A DNA stretch of 59,291 nt from a virus (lineage: Duplodnaviria > Caudoviricetes), in IMG/VR virus record IMGVR_UViG_3300045996_001841, positions 1-59,291 of that record; one strand, 5' to 3'. A program made the translations under genes and the position numbers. Position 1 is the stretch's first letter; every line of letters starts with the position of its first letter. Positions 7,541-15,970 of this stretch are shown piece after piece. The notes beneath the pieces were generated by a model. It made no database searches. It was not told the origin of the DNA and saw only the letters and a program-made list of their open reading frames with translations.

Positions 7541-7755
7541 GCGAGCCCACGATCCACTTTGCGCGGCGAAGCGATGCCGCAGAGCGCGTCGAAATGGGGC
7601 CGGCGTGGTGCAACGCCGGCCGCGCCTCGCGCACGGAGTTTGAACAATACGTGACCGCGATCTTCGATCACGTCACGTGCAAGAACTGTCTCCGGAGCGC
7701 GCGGGCCTACCTGGAGCGCGTCGATCCGAGCCCTGTGGGTTGGGAGGAAGGTTAA
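7537..7755 (+). CDS. Hypothetical protein (H...C...CxxC)
   Basis: ATGA coupling (MSEPTIHF...). Confidence 0.6.
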   Translation: MSEPTIHFARRSDAAERVEMGPAWCNAGRASRTEFEQYVTAIFDHVTCKNCLRSARAYLERVDPSPVGWEEG

Positions 7756-7829
7756 TGGAGATCGCTCTACTCTGCGCGGCGGCCGCGCTCGTCGTTGGCG
7801 TGTTGGCGTTTGCATGGGGAGATAGATAA
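7755..7829 (+). CDS. Tiny membrane peptide (24 aa)
   Basis: TAATG-coupled at both ends; MEIALLCAAAALVVGVLAFAWGDR. Confidence 0.5.
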   Translation: MEIALLCAAAALVVGVLAFAWGDR

Positions 7830-8131
7830 TGCATCTCACCTGGTCCTACGTCGAAGCGGGCGGTTATGACTGCATGACGGACGCGCTCTATGTGGTCGAT
7901 CTCGAGCGGAAGAACCCGCAGATCCCGATCGCGGTGATGGATCTGGCGAACTACGGTCAGGAGAACAACGAACCCGCGCACCAGGACAGCGTGCGCGCGG
8001 CGGAGCGCTACGTGAAAATGTTCGTGCACGCGCCGGCCATGTGCCAGCTCTTGAAAGACCTTCAGCCGGACGCGACGCCGGAGCGCGCAGCGGAGATTCA
8101 ACGGTTAGTTGATGCAGTGAGGGTGCCATGA
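7829..8131 (+). CDS. Hypothetical protein
   Basis: Coupled ORF of 100 aa. Confidence 0.65.
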   Translation: MHLTWSYVEAGGYDCMTDALYVVDLERKNPQIPIAVMDLANYGQENNEPAHQDSVRAAERYVKMFVHAPAMCQLLKDLQPDATPERAAEIQRLVDAVRVP

Positions 8132-8406
8132 AAATCCAGACACGTCTCGTGCGTCCGCACGGATCGAACGCGGGCGCGTTCTACGTCACCGACCTGACGG
8201 ACCGGACGCCGGGGGTGATTGCTGCGGGCTTGGCGGAACAGCACGCGCGGGAGCTGGCCGCCGCGCCGGCGCTGCTCAAGTTGCTGATCAAGGCCGCGCC
8301 GTTCTGCCCGGTCACGGTGCAGGACGAGATCGCCATGCTGCGCGCGTTAATGGGGTTGTGCGAGCGGTGCCACGGAAACGGCTGCTGCCATTGTCAAGGA
8401 GACTGA
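8128..8406 (+). CDS. Hypothetical protein with C-terminal CxxCxGxGCxxCxG
   Basis: ATGA coupling; DnaJ-like Cys repeat. Confidence 0.65.
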   Translation: MKIQTRLVRPHGSNAGAFYVTDLTDRTPGVIAAGLAEQHARELAAAPALLKLLIKAAPFCPVTVQDEIAMLRALMGLCERCHGNGCCHCQGD

Positions 8407-8407
8407 T

Positions 8408-8602
8408 GTGCGACAAACCCTCGAGCAGTCGATCCTGCGTCGCGTCCGCCGCTACAGCCCGGACGAAGATCCCTGCACGTGCACGGACCAGGGCCCGCGG
8501 TGCCCCGCGTGTCAGCGCACGAAGGCTCACGTCAGCAAGCTCTATCCGTGCGAGCTGTCGGACAGCACCCTCGAGGAGCTGACGAAGCCGGGGGTGTCCT
8601 GA
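8408..8602 (+). CDS. Small Cys-containing hypothetical protein
   Basis: AAGGAG SD; CxC...CxxC. Confidence 0.55.
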   Translation: MRQTLEQSILRRVRRYSPDEDPCTCTDQGPRCPACQRTKAHVSKLYPCELSDSTLEELTKPGVS

Positions 8603-8766
8603 TGGGCGGCACGTCACCAGTCTGCCCGTTCTGCCGCAAGCTCTGCGCGGCGGGCGGGGTCAAGGATCACGTCAAGGTGAAGCACCCGGAGCAGTATACG
8701 AAGTGGGTCAAGCTCGGCCAACTGCCGTATTGGCACTACGACGAGGACGGGGAGCTGAAGTTCTGA
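8602..8766 (+). CDS. C2H2 zinc-finger protein
   Basis: CPFC-x11-H-x4-H followed by PE. Confidence 0.6.
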   Translation: MGGTSPVCPFCRKLCAAGGVKDHVKVKHPEQYTKWVKLGQLPYWHYDEDGELKF

Positions 8767-8777
8767 TAGAGGGAACC

Positions 8778-8975
8778 ATGACGATCGTAATCACGCTGCA
8801 CACGCACGAGGACGAGGCTGCCCGACAAGAGGGGAGTCTGTTTGAGACGGCGCGTCTTCTTGAGTTGGTCACGGACCGACTGCTCGCCGGGAGTTGGCCG
8901 ATGAACGGGCCGGTCTATGACGCGGGTGGGAACCAGTGCGGCACGGTCACGGTGCATGTCACGCCAGCGTCCTAA
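8778..8975 (+). CDS. Hypothetical protein
   Basis: GAGGG SD; MTIVITLHTH... Confidence 0.6.
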   Translation: MTIVITLHTHEDEAARQEGSLFETARLLELVTDRLLAGSWPMNGPVYDAGGNQCGTVTVHVTPAS

Positions 8976-9117
8976 TCGTCGCTGGCATTTCGTGCCGAAG
9001 CGCTGCCGATGGTGCCTGCGGTGGTTTGGCACCTTCCGCGGCATGGAGGACCACGTGAAGGCGAAACATCCGGAGAAGACGTGGCAGGGGTTCTGCAAAT
9101 CGTGGTGGACGTGGTGA
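8956..9117 (+). CDS. C2H2 zinc-finger protein
   Basis: CRWC-x12-H-x4-H followed by PE, with canonical hydrophobic positions. Confidence 0.6.
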   Translation: MSRQRPNRRWHFVPKRCRWCLRWFGTFRGMEDHVKAKHPEKTWQGFCKSWWTW

Positions 9118-9127
9118 AGGAGGACGT

Positions 9128-9499
9128 GTGTTGAAACGAATGGTGATAGGTGCCGTGGTGCTTGGCGCGTTAGCCGTGCCAGCGAGCGCGCAGTTCCCGA
9201 ACTGGCTGTGGAACGGGCACATGGATTACCCGCTGCCGGCGAGCCCGTGTCCGTTCAACGTGGACATCGTGCACACGCAGGGCATCGTGCACCAGGGGCA
9301 GTTCTGGACGCTCACCACCTGCGCGGACAATACCGTGTGGATGCGGCAGTTCACCGCCCCGCTGCCGGGTCCGCCGCCCGTGCCGGAGCAGTGGAACGCT
9401 GACGCCTCGAGCATCACCTGCCCCGGGCCGCACAGTGCGTGCGCCCTGCTCCCGGCCGGCACGTATGACCGCGTGTGGGCGAACGGGATCGGGCGATGA
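9128..9499 (+). CDS. Secreted hypothetical protein
   Basis: AAGGAGG SD; signal peptide ...LGALAVPASA|Q; 4 Cys. Confidence 0.7.
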   Translation: MLKRMVIGAVVLGALAVPASAQFPNWLWNGHMDYPLPASPCPFNVDIVHTQGIVHQGQFWTLTTCADNTVWMRQFTAPLPGPPPVPEQWNADASSITCPGPHSACALLPAGTYDRVWANGIGR

Positions 9500-10038
9500 C
9501 GTTGGAAATCTGCGACGGCCACGACGTTGGCAATCGTCCGTTGTCGTGCATCAATTGCGCGCGTGCGCTCGGACGCAAGGAAGGCGAGGAACGGGCGCTC
9601 CTCTCCGCGCCCCCTCCCCCGCCGTCAGCCGAGGGGCTGCGGACGCTGGTGCAACACGTCAGGCATTTCCTAGGGCCTGATTGGGGCGAGCCTACAGAGC
9701 CACATCATCAGGAGTCGTTTCTGGTGATGGCGATCAACCATCTGGCCGGTTCACGCGACAGCTTTAGAGCTGCATGGGAGGCCGAGGAAGCGAAACGCAA
9801 GGAACTGGAATCCCTGCTCGGGCAGGCCGAGGCCGACATCCACGCTCAGGGTTGCGCTGGAGGACCGATGATGAATACCTATCGTCTCGTGGTGTTGGCG
9901 CTTCTCGCGTCCATCAAAGCGGATACGGCGGACATCGCTTGGATTCAAGCTGCATACTCAGTCGTGACGATCATCATCTGGATGGCTGTGATAGTGGAGT
10001 TCATAAGGACGACGTGGAAGCGAAAGGAACCGCGATGA
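9496..10038 (+). CDS. Hypothetical protein with coiled coil and C-terminal TM segments
   Basis: ATGA coupling; possibly a fusion of two small genes. Confidence 0.55.
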   Translation: MTLEICDGHDVGNRPLSCINCARALGRKEGEERALLSAPPPPPSAEGLRTLVQHVRHFLGPDWGEPTEPHHQESFLVMAINHLAGSRDSFRAAWEAEEAKRKELESLLGQAEADIHAQGCAGGPMMNTYRLVVLALLASIKADTADIAWIQAAYSVVTIIIWMAVIVEFIRTTWKRKEPR

Positions 10039-10391
10039 CGTCCGAGGACGCCGACGATTATGCGTGGGCGTTGGATCGCGTGACTCGCATGTGCGCGGCG
10101 AATGAAGTCAACGCCCAAGTCTACGGCGTGAAGTTGTTGAAGGGCCAAGGCTACCCGAATGAGACGTTTAGCTATGCCCAAGACTATCAGGCCCTGTCAA
10201 TCGTCCTGTCTGCGCTCCAGCAGGCCGACCAGGAGCGGGACCAGCTCCGCGCCGAACTGGCAGCGGCGAGGGAGGCGTGTCCGGTTTCGCGGATGGATCG
10301 TTTCGCGGATGCGTCACTGCTCGCCGTAGTCAATGAACAGGTGTTTCAGTTGTTCCGGAGGATGCAATCCCGGGCACCGGAGGACCGATGA
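10035..10391 (+). CDS. Hypothetical protein
   Basis: AAAGGA SD; MTSEDADD... Confidence 0.65.
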   Translation: MTSEDADDYAWALDRVTRMCAANEVNAQVYGVKLLKGQGYPNETFSYAQDYQALSIVLSALQQADQERDQLRAELAAAREACPVSRMDRFADASLLAVVNEQVFQLFRRMQSRAPEDR

Positions 10392-10498
10392 CTGTCGCGA
10401 CGTTACTTGTGGTGTGTCTGACAACCCACCTTGCCGCCGTTGCGGTTGGCATCACAATCGGCCGGCGGTTGTGGAGATGGTGGGAATCGAGAGCGTGA
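10388..10498 (+). CDS. Small membrane peptide (36 aa)
   Basis: GGAGG SD, ATGA coupling, hydrophobic stretch. Confidence 0.45.
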   Translation: MTVATLLVVCLTTHLAAVAVGITIGRRLWRWWESRA

Positions 10499-10536
10499 AC
10501 GGCGGCATGTCGCCGTCGTAGTGTGAAGGAGTGTGT

Positions 10537-11529
10537 ATGCGACGAAAACTTCGAGCAACGCTGATCGTCTGTCTGCTCGGCCTGACGACAACCGTCTCAG
10601 CGTTCGTGTTGTCCGGTCACAGTTGGGGCACGACCGAGGTGCCCTACTACGTGAACGCCACGAACCAGGACGGGGTGTCACAGACCGCGGTCCTGGCGGC
10701 GGTGCAGGCCGCTGCCGCGGAATGGAACGCCACCTCGGACGTGCAGCTCGTCTACGCCGGGCTGACCACGACGACCGGGTTCACGCTCAACGGCAAGAAC
10801 GAGATCGTGTTCGTGCCGGGCTCGAGCCCGACGACGGCGCACGCCATTGCCAAGAAATACGTCGACAGTGAGGGCCGCATCTTCGAGGCGGACATCAACC
10901 TCTATGACGTCGGCGTGAACTGGTTCGGCGGCAGCACGGGCTGCTCGAGCGGCTACTACATTCAGGACGTGGTGACGCACGAGCTGGGACACCTGTTCGG
11001 GATCAGCCACTCGAATGTCAACGAGGCCACCATGTGGGGCAGCTCGGGCTTCTGCGCGACGTGGAAGCGCACGCTCCACGCCGACGACATTGCGGCAATG
11101 GCGGAAATGTATAGCGCGGCCCCGCCGCCGCAGGGCGACACCTACGTGACGGTGCCGGCCTCGGTGCCCGACACGAGCCTCATTTGCATCGAAGGCGCCA
11201 ACAGCCAGTCCGGGTGCATCAGCGCCGGCGCGCTGCGCGAACAGTTGTTTGGACCCAACGAGCCGCCACCCACGGGCCCGACGCTCGCGATCACGGCCTG
11301 GCTCCTTGGCACCGATGGGAAGTGGCGCGTGCAGTTCGATTGGGGGAACATCACTTCGACCAACGTCTACATCTACAAGAACGGCGTCCAGTGGAAGAAC
11401 GTCGCGGCGACGCAGGACGTGGGTGTGTATTACAGCACGGGGAGCACGAGCCCGGGGCCCTACACGTTCAAGGTCTGCGAAGCCGGCACGACGATCTGTT
11501 CGCCCGACGTCACGGGCAGCGGCAGCTAA
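10537..11529 (+). CDS. Secreted matrixin-family (M10/metzincin) metalloprotease
   Basis: HELGHLFGISHS zinc motif, ATM Met-turn, LHADDI, signal peptide, C-terminal beta domain. Confidence 0.88.
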   Translation: MRRKLRATLIVCLLGLTTTVSAFVLSGHSWGTTEVPYYVNATNQDGVSQTAVLAAVQAAAAEWNATSDVQLVYAGLTTTTGFTLNGKNEIVFVPGSSPTTAHAIAKKYVDSEGRIFEADINLYDVGVNWFGGSTGCSSGYYIQDVVTHELGHLFGISHSNVNEATMWGSSGFCATWKRTLHADDIAAMAEMYSAAPPPQGDTYVTVPASVPDTSLICIEGANSQSGCISAGALREQLFGPNEPPPTGPTLAITAWLLGTDGKWRVQFDWGNITSTNVYIYKNGVQWKNVAATQDVGVYYSTGSTSPGPYTFKVCEAGTTICSPDVTGSGS

Positions 11530-11556
11530 CGTTCAACGCAAGTCTGGAGGATCACG

Positions 11557-12606
11557 ATGTTCACTAGAATGAGCCGCCTCACGAGGGTGGTCACGATCAT
11601 CGGCGTGGTTGTCGTCAGTCTCCTCGCGTATGAGCACGTCTCCGCGCAGTCCGGGTGTTCTGGCTGCACGGCCCAATCGGCGGACCACTCCAATGCGGGC
11701 ATGTTCCGGCTGACCGCCTCGACCACGCGCGGCGCGGGGTTCACGGATTGGCTGCGCGTGATCGCCTATATCGTGGACCTGCCGACGCACTGCCCGCAGG
11801 GGCAGGCGACGACGGGCGCGTGCCTAGACGACGCGATTACCGGGAATGCTGTTGTCACCGCGGCGTCGCCCGGGTGCGGCATGTGGGCCGGGATTTCCCA
11901 CCACGGCTACCGGATCGGGGGGACCGGCTACGCGATTCAGGAGAATCGCGAGACGGAACTTTACGCGGGCCCGTGCGAGACGCCGCCCGACGAGTGCGGA
12001 GAAGACGAGTATTGGGACGGGGAGCGGTGTATTCCGATCTACTGCCCGATCATCATCAACACGGATCAGGACCAGAAGTATAAGCTCACGTCGGCGGATA
12101 AGGGTGTGCTGTTCGACATCGACGGCGACGGCGACCTCGATCAGGTCGCCTGGACCGAACTGGGATCGTCCACAGCGTTCCTTGCGCGCGACGTGAACGG
12201 CGACGGACAAATCACCAGCGGCAAGGAGCTGTTCGGCAACTACACGGTCGAGGGGCAACAGAACGGCTTCGACGCGCTCCTCGCGGTGGCGACGCGCGTC
12301 GACGGTCGGGCGCGACCCCTGCTCAATTCCACCAGTGCGCTGTTCAATCAACTGCTGCTGTGGCGGGACGTGAACCACAATGGCATCAGTGAGGCGGACG
12401 AACTGACGCCAGCCGGCGAGGAGATTTACGGGATCGCGATGGCGTATCAGCAGCACTTCCGCAAGGACGGTTTCGGCAACGAGTATCGGTATCGCGGGTG
12501 GGTCTACACCGTTGGACCCGGCGGCAATCCGATGCACAACCCGGACGCCGCAAAGGCGCGGCGCCGGTTCGTCTTCGACGTCAACCTCGCGGGAGGCGGA
12601 CAGTAA
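11557..12606 (+). CDS. Secreted Ca-binding DxDGDG-motif protein
   Basis: Signal peptide; FDIDGDGD...AW...FLARDVNGDGQITSGKELFGN...LLLWRDVNHNGISEADEL domain; Cys-rich N-half. Confidence 0.75.
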   Translation: MFTRMSRLTRVVTIIGVVVVSLLAYEHVSAQSGCSGCTAQSADHSNAGMFRLTASTTRGAGFTDWLRVIAYIVDLPTHCPQGQATTGACLDDAITGNAVVTAASPGCGMWAGISHHGYRIGGTGYAIQENRETELYAGPCETPPDECGEDEYWDGERCIPIYCPIIINTDQDQKYKLTSADKGVLFDIDGDGDLDQVAWTELGSSTAFLARDVNGDGQITSGKELFGNYTVEGQQNGFDALLAVATRVDGRARPLLNSTSALFNQLLLWRDVNHNGISEADELTPAGEEIYGIAMAYQQHFRKDGFGNEYRYRGWVYTVGPGGNPMHNPDAAKARRRFVFDVNLAGGGQ

Positions 12607-12638
12607 CCCTTCAACCCGTGGCCGGGGCCTCGAGCCTC

Positions 12639-12659
12639 GGCCACGGCACAGTCAATGCA
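12639..12659 (+). promoter_or_regulatory. sigma54-like -24/-12 promoter
   Basis: GGCCAC-GGCACAGTCAATGC (GG-N10-GC); near-identical copies at 13790 and 18109. Confidence 0.6.
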
Positions 12660-12672
12660 GAGTAGGGTCCCC

Positions 12673-12846
12673 ATGAGTGATGAACTGGTCAACCTGAAAG
12701 AAGCCGCCGCGATCCTGCGGTCGACGCCGCGGACGGTCAACAAGCTGATTGCCGAGGGCAAGCTGCCGGCGTCGCGGATCTCGGACCGCGTGGTGCGGAT
12801 CCGGAAGGCGGACGTCGAAGCGCTGCTGCCGAAGAAGGCGTCATGA
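12673..12846 (+). CDS. Excisionase-like helix-turn-helix DNA-binding protein
   Basis: LVNLKEAAAILRSTPRTVNKLIAEGKLPASRI...RIRKADV (HTH_17-like). Confidence 0.85.
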   Translation: MSDELVNLKEAAAILRSTPRTVNKLIAEGKLPASRISDRVVRIRKADVEALLPKKAS

Positions 12847-13061
12847 ACATGCTCGGCCAGATCCGCCAGCAACAAGCCTGTCGCGCGGCGGCCGATATGC
12901 CGAAGGGCACCATCGTCACGCTGCTCAAGCGGCCACGCTTCGGCGTGCGGCCGATTCGACGCAACAAGGAGCGTGTGCACGGGGTTACGACTCACGACGT
13001 GATCAAAGGCTCGATCGTGTGGGTCACGTTCTTCGGACCAGGCTCAGCGAGGATCGCATGA
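12843..13061 (+). CDS. Hypothetical protein
   Basis: ATGA coupling. Confidence 0.6.
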   Translation: MNMLGQIRQQQACRAAADMPKGTIVTLLKRPRFGVRPIRRNKERVHGVTTHDVIKGSIVWVTFFGPGSARIA

Positions 13062-13477
13062 CCGAACCCACTCTCCTCGAGGCCGTCGAAGCGCAGTTCG
13101 CGTTGCAGGATCTCCTGCGCACCGACGAGCGCGCGGCCAAGCGCCAGATCAGTGACGCCTTTCACGCGGCCACGGGCTACTACGCGCCGGGCTGGGAGCT
13201 GATTGACTACAGCCACCAGACGCGCCTGAAGCGCGACGCAGCCTTCGCGGCGTGGCTCGGTGAGCGCAAGGCGCAGAACCAGGCGGAGCTGCGGGCCCTG
13301 GTCGCGGCGCACCGGATGCTGGTCGAGCGGATGCAACCGCTGGTCGACGCGATCGAGGAAGCCTACAACTACCTGAACGGACCTTCATGCGGATCGCATT
13401 GCAACTGCCTCCTGCACCGCATGGAGAGCGTCCTCGGCAAACCCGATTCGCGCGGCACGGCGCCGGAGACTTACTGA
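13058..13477 (+). CDS. Hypothetical protein
   Basis: GAGGA SD; MTEPTLLEAV... Confidence 0.7.
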   Translation: MTEPTLLEAVEAQFALQDLLRTDERAAKRQISDAFHAATGYYAPGWELIDYSHQTRLKRDAAFAAWLGERKAQNQAELRALVAAHRMLVERMQPLVDAIEEAYNYLNGPSCGSHCNCLLHRMESVLGKPDSRGTAPETY

Positions 13478-13647
13478 TGATCGGCCTCCTCTGCCTGTTC
13501 GGCGGCTGGGTCCTGCTCCTCGCCACCATCCTTCTCATGTGGTGGGATGCGTGGCGGGATCGGGACTGGTCGCTCCTCGGCGCCGTCACCCTCCTGCTGC
13601 TGTCCGTTCTCGGTGGCACCCTCGGCTGGTTCCCGACCATCCGATGA
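13477..13647 (+). CDS. Small two-TM membrane protein
   Basis: TGATG coupling; two hydrophobic helices. Confidence 0.6.
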   Translation: MIGLLCLFGGWVLLLATILLMWWDAWRDRDWSLLGAVTLLLLSVLGGTLGWFPTIR

Positions 13648-13874
13648 CTCCGAAACTGTGGAAGGTCCACCTTGAGTCCGCGGATGGTTCCCGCCGAATC
13701 ATCTACACGCGCTACCTCGGACGCTTCCTTCAGGATTGGCAGACCGGGCGCTTGTATGAATACATCGCGATCGATCTCCATGCTGGCGAGGCCACGGCAC
13801 GGTCCTTGATGGGACCGAGCCATGCGAAAATTGCTCGTTCCCCTGCTCCTGTTGCGCCTCTCCGTCCCCGCTGA
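13644..13874 (+). CDS. Hypothetical protein
   Basis: ATGA coupling (MTPKLWKVHL...). Confidence 0.45.
   Translation: MTPKLWKVHLESADGSRRIIYTRYLGRFLQDWQTGRLYEYIAIDLHAGEATARSLMGPSHAKIARSPAPVAPLRPR
13790..13810 (+). promoter_or_regulatory. sigma54-like -24/-12 promoter (variant -12)
   Basis: GGCCAC-GGCACGGTCCTTGA; predicted +1 near 13821, next to ATG 13822. Confidence 0.5.
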
Positions 13875-15180
13875 GGGGCTGACCCGACTCGACATCCCCA
13901 ACTGCGTCGGCGCCGACAACAACGTCGCCGGTGGTTACGTGGCCTCCGTCCGAGACAGCCATCTCGAGACGCACGCCGGGCGGATTGAGCTGCCGCCGGG
14001 CGGCAACTTCCTCTACCCCACCATCGCGCGGGACTCCACCCGCTTCGCTGGCCTCGGGAACCTGAACGATCGGGTCTACGAGTCCGCCGGCGGATGGCAG
14101 GATCACGGCCTCGGGTTCGGCGTCAACCCGGTCATCTACGACGTGCGCGACGTGCTCCGGATCGTGTGGGGCCCGGGCACGCCGACCGGGAGCCAGGGCT
14201 GGCGCTACCTGGCCGACAACGGGAACCTCGTCACCGGTGACGAGTCCTACGCCGACCCGGCGCGCCACCTGTGGGAATACACGGACCGCGGCGACATCTC
14301 CTGCGGCCAGGGCGGCGACGAGAACGGGCTCCCGTGCCTCGTGCGCGGCCGGCGCGTGCAGGTCGAGCCCGGTATCGTGCGGTGGGTGGACTTCGATCGC
14401 GAGGGCGACACGCTGGCGCTGGCGTGGGTGCGGTTCGACACGGCCTCGTGCGGGCTGCTGTGGCTGACGGTCGCCGAACTCGAGGCGCTGCCGACGTTCA
14501 CGGTGCCCGGCGGCACGACCCCGCCGCCCCCGCCACCTCCCCCGCCGCCGCCCCCGCCCCCGCCCCCGGTGCAGGAGCCGGCGAGCTTGCTTGACACGGT
14601 GCGCGCGGTGCGCGCCCGGGTGGACGGCCAGCCGACGAACCCGCAGCTCGCGGCCATGCTGAACGAGATCGCCTGGCTCCATCGGGCCGAGGGGTGGGGC
14701 TTGTCGAAGAAGCCGGGTGGGCACAATTGCCCGACGCCGCCGCCGGCCGCGGTCCTGATTGCCTGTGACATCCTCCACCACAAGCCGACGAACCTCCTCT
14801 ACGACGTCTTCGGGAGCGTGGAGGCCGGCGCGACGCCGCAGTGGGGAAGCGTCGGACCCCCGCTGACGCCGGACCGGGAGTGGCTGGCACCCATCGCCCC
14901 CTCGGGCACGGAGCCTGAGCCGCCGCCCCCAACCGATGACCTGAAGCTCGTGGTCGCGGTGCTCCAGGCCCGGGTCCTGGCCCTCGAGGAGACGGTGCGA
15001 AGGGTCGACGACACCTTGGTGTCGATGGGGCAGCGCGTAGGCGCCCTGGAGAACGGCGTGCCCGAGGACCGGGTGTCAGCCCTGATCGACCAGGCGATCG
15101 CCTCGCTCCGGGTCACGGGACGCACGGAGCGGGCCTTCTTCGGACATTCTCACCAGGTCGAACTGAAGGTCGTGCGGTGA
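13822..15180 (+). CDS. Secreted multidomain protein with poly-Pro linker and C-terminal coiled coil
   Basis: 452 aa; signal-like N-terminus, beta-rich domain, long Pro run (14521-14568), paired Cys. Confidence 0.75.
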   Translation: MRKLLVPLLLLRLSVPAEGLTRLDIPNCVGADNNVAGGYVASVRDSHLETHAGRIELPPGGNFLYPTIARDSTRFAGLGNLNDRVYESAGGWQDHGLGFGVNPVIYDVRDVLRIVWGPGTPTGSQGWRYLADNGNLVTGDESYADPARHLWEYTDRGDISCGQGGDENGLPCLVRGRRVQVEPGIVRWVDFDREGDTLALAWVRFDTASCGLLWLTVAELEALPTFTVPGGTTPPPPPPPPPPPPPPPPVQEPASLLDTVRAVRARVDGQPTNPQLAAMLNEIAWLHRAEGWGLSKKPGGHNCPTPPPAAVLIACDILHHKPTNLLYDVFGSVEAGATPQWGSVGPPLTPDREWLAPIAPSGTEPEPPPPTDDLKLVVAVLQARVLALEETVRRVDDTLVSMGQRVGALENGVPEDRVSALIDQAIASLRVTGRTERAFFGHSHQVELKVVR

Positions 15181-15386
15181 ACAACACGTTCTGGCGGGAC
15201 CGACATCAGCGCTTCTTCCTCGAGACACCCCGCCGAATGCGTCGGACGGTCCGGGTCGCCGAGTCTCCACTCGGCGGCCCGAACTTAATCATGCGCGCGA
15301 TATACGAGGCGACGTCCCGGCGCCCGCTCCAGAGGTGGTGGGCGTGGGTGTCACCGCGCTGCAAGGCTTGGTTCGCCCGCTTTTGA
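15177..15386 (+). CDS. Small basic hypothetical protein
   Basis: GTGA coupling. Confidence 0.45.
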   Translation: MNNTFWRDRHQRFFLETPRRMRRTVRVAESPLGGPNLIMRAIYEATSRRPLQRWWAWVSPRCKAWFARF

Positions 15387-15887
15387 GAGTGCTCGCAGAT
15401 ACGGCGGGCCAGTTTCCAACAGCTTTCGCTCCTTTTCAGATACATGCACGGTCCTCACGAAGTGGCGCTGCCGGAGGACTTGCACAGCCCACCGAAGGGT
15501 ATTGCGATCCATCTGCGGGAGCCGCGTATACAGCTCCGGGGTTGTCGCCGGCGCCACGGCCAGTGCCGTGTAGACCTGCTGCAAGGACGGTCCGAGTCGT
15601 GCAGGACGGACCTTCGTCACCGTGTAACGCACGCGAGGCGAGGGCTCCGGCACCGGGTCGGTGCGACGGACGTAGGGCGCGATCTGATCGACCAGGCCGG
15701 ACAGCACGAGCGTCGTGGTGTCGAGGCGAGGTTGACGTCGCTGCTCACGCGCCAGGTAGCCAAGCGCCAGCATCTTGCGAGGCTGTCGCACGGCGGAGTG
15801 GAGGAGGGAGTCGCGAAGTTGCTCGCGAACGGTGGGATTGCGGACTGCCGCAGCAAGTCCGTCAGGCGTGACGTAAAAGTTCAGCAT
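15351..15887 (-). CDS. Putative winged-HTH regulator (lone antisense gene in the + arm)
   Basis: C-terminal SLQQVYTAL...TTPELYTRL..MDRNTLRWAVQVLRQRHFV pattern; fills a gap in + strand coding. Confidence 0.6.
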   Translation of the reverse strand: MLNFYVTPDGLAAAVRNPTVREQLRDSLLHSAVRQPRKMLALGYLAREQRRQPRLDTTTLVLSGLVDQIAPYVRRTDPVPEPSPRVRYTVTKVRPARLGPSLQQVYTALAVAPATTPELYTRLPQMDRNTLRWAVQVLRQRHFVRTVHVSEKERKLLETGPPYLRALSKAGEPSLAAR

Positions 15888-15900
15888 GCCTGAAAAGGGA

Positions 15901-15916
15901 AGCAAACACCGCTCCA
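15901..15916 (-). promoter_or_regulatory. sigma54-like -24/-12 promoter, leftward
   Basis: TGGAGCGGTGTTTGCT (GG-N10-GC); ATG 15887 falls at about +4. Confidence 0.45.
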
Positions 15917-15970
15917 AATTGTCCACACCCGAAACACTAAACATTTTCGTGGTCGCGATTACAGACCTGT

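Noticed and set aside
12673-12846. Integration/excision module
   Set aside because: Only an Xis-like HTH is present; no tyrosine or serine recombinase was recognised.
14521-14568. CCG-rich tract as a regulatory repeat
   Set aside because: It simply encodes a poly-proline linker.
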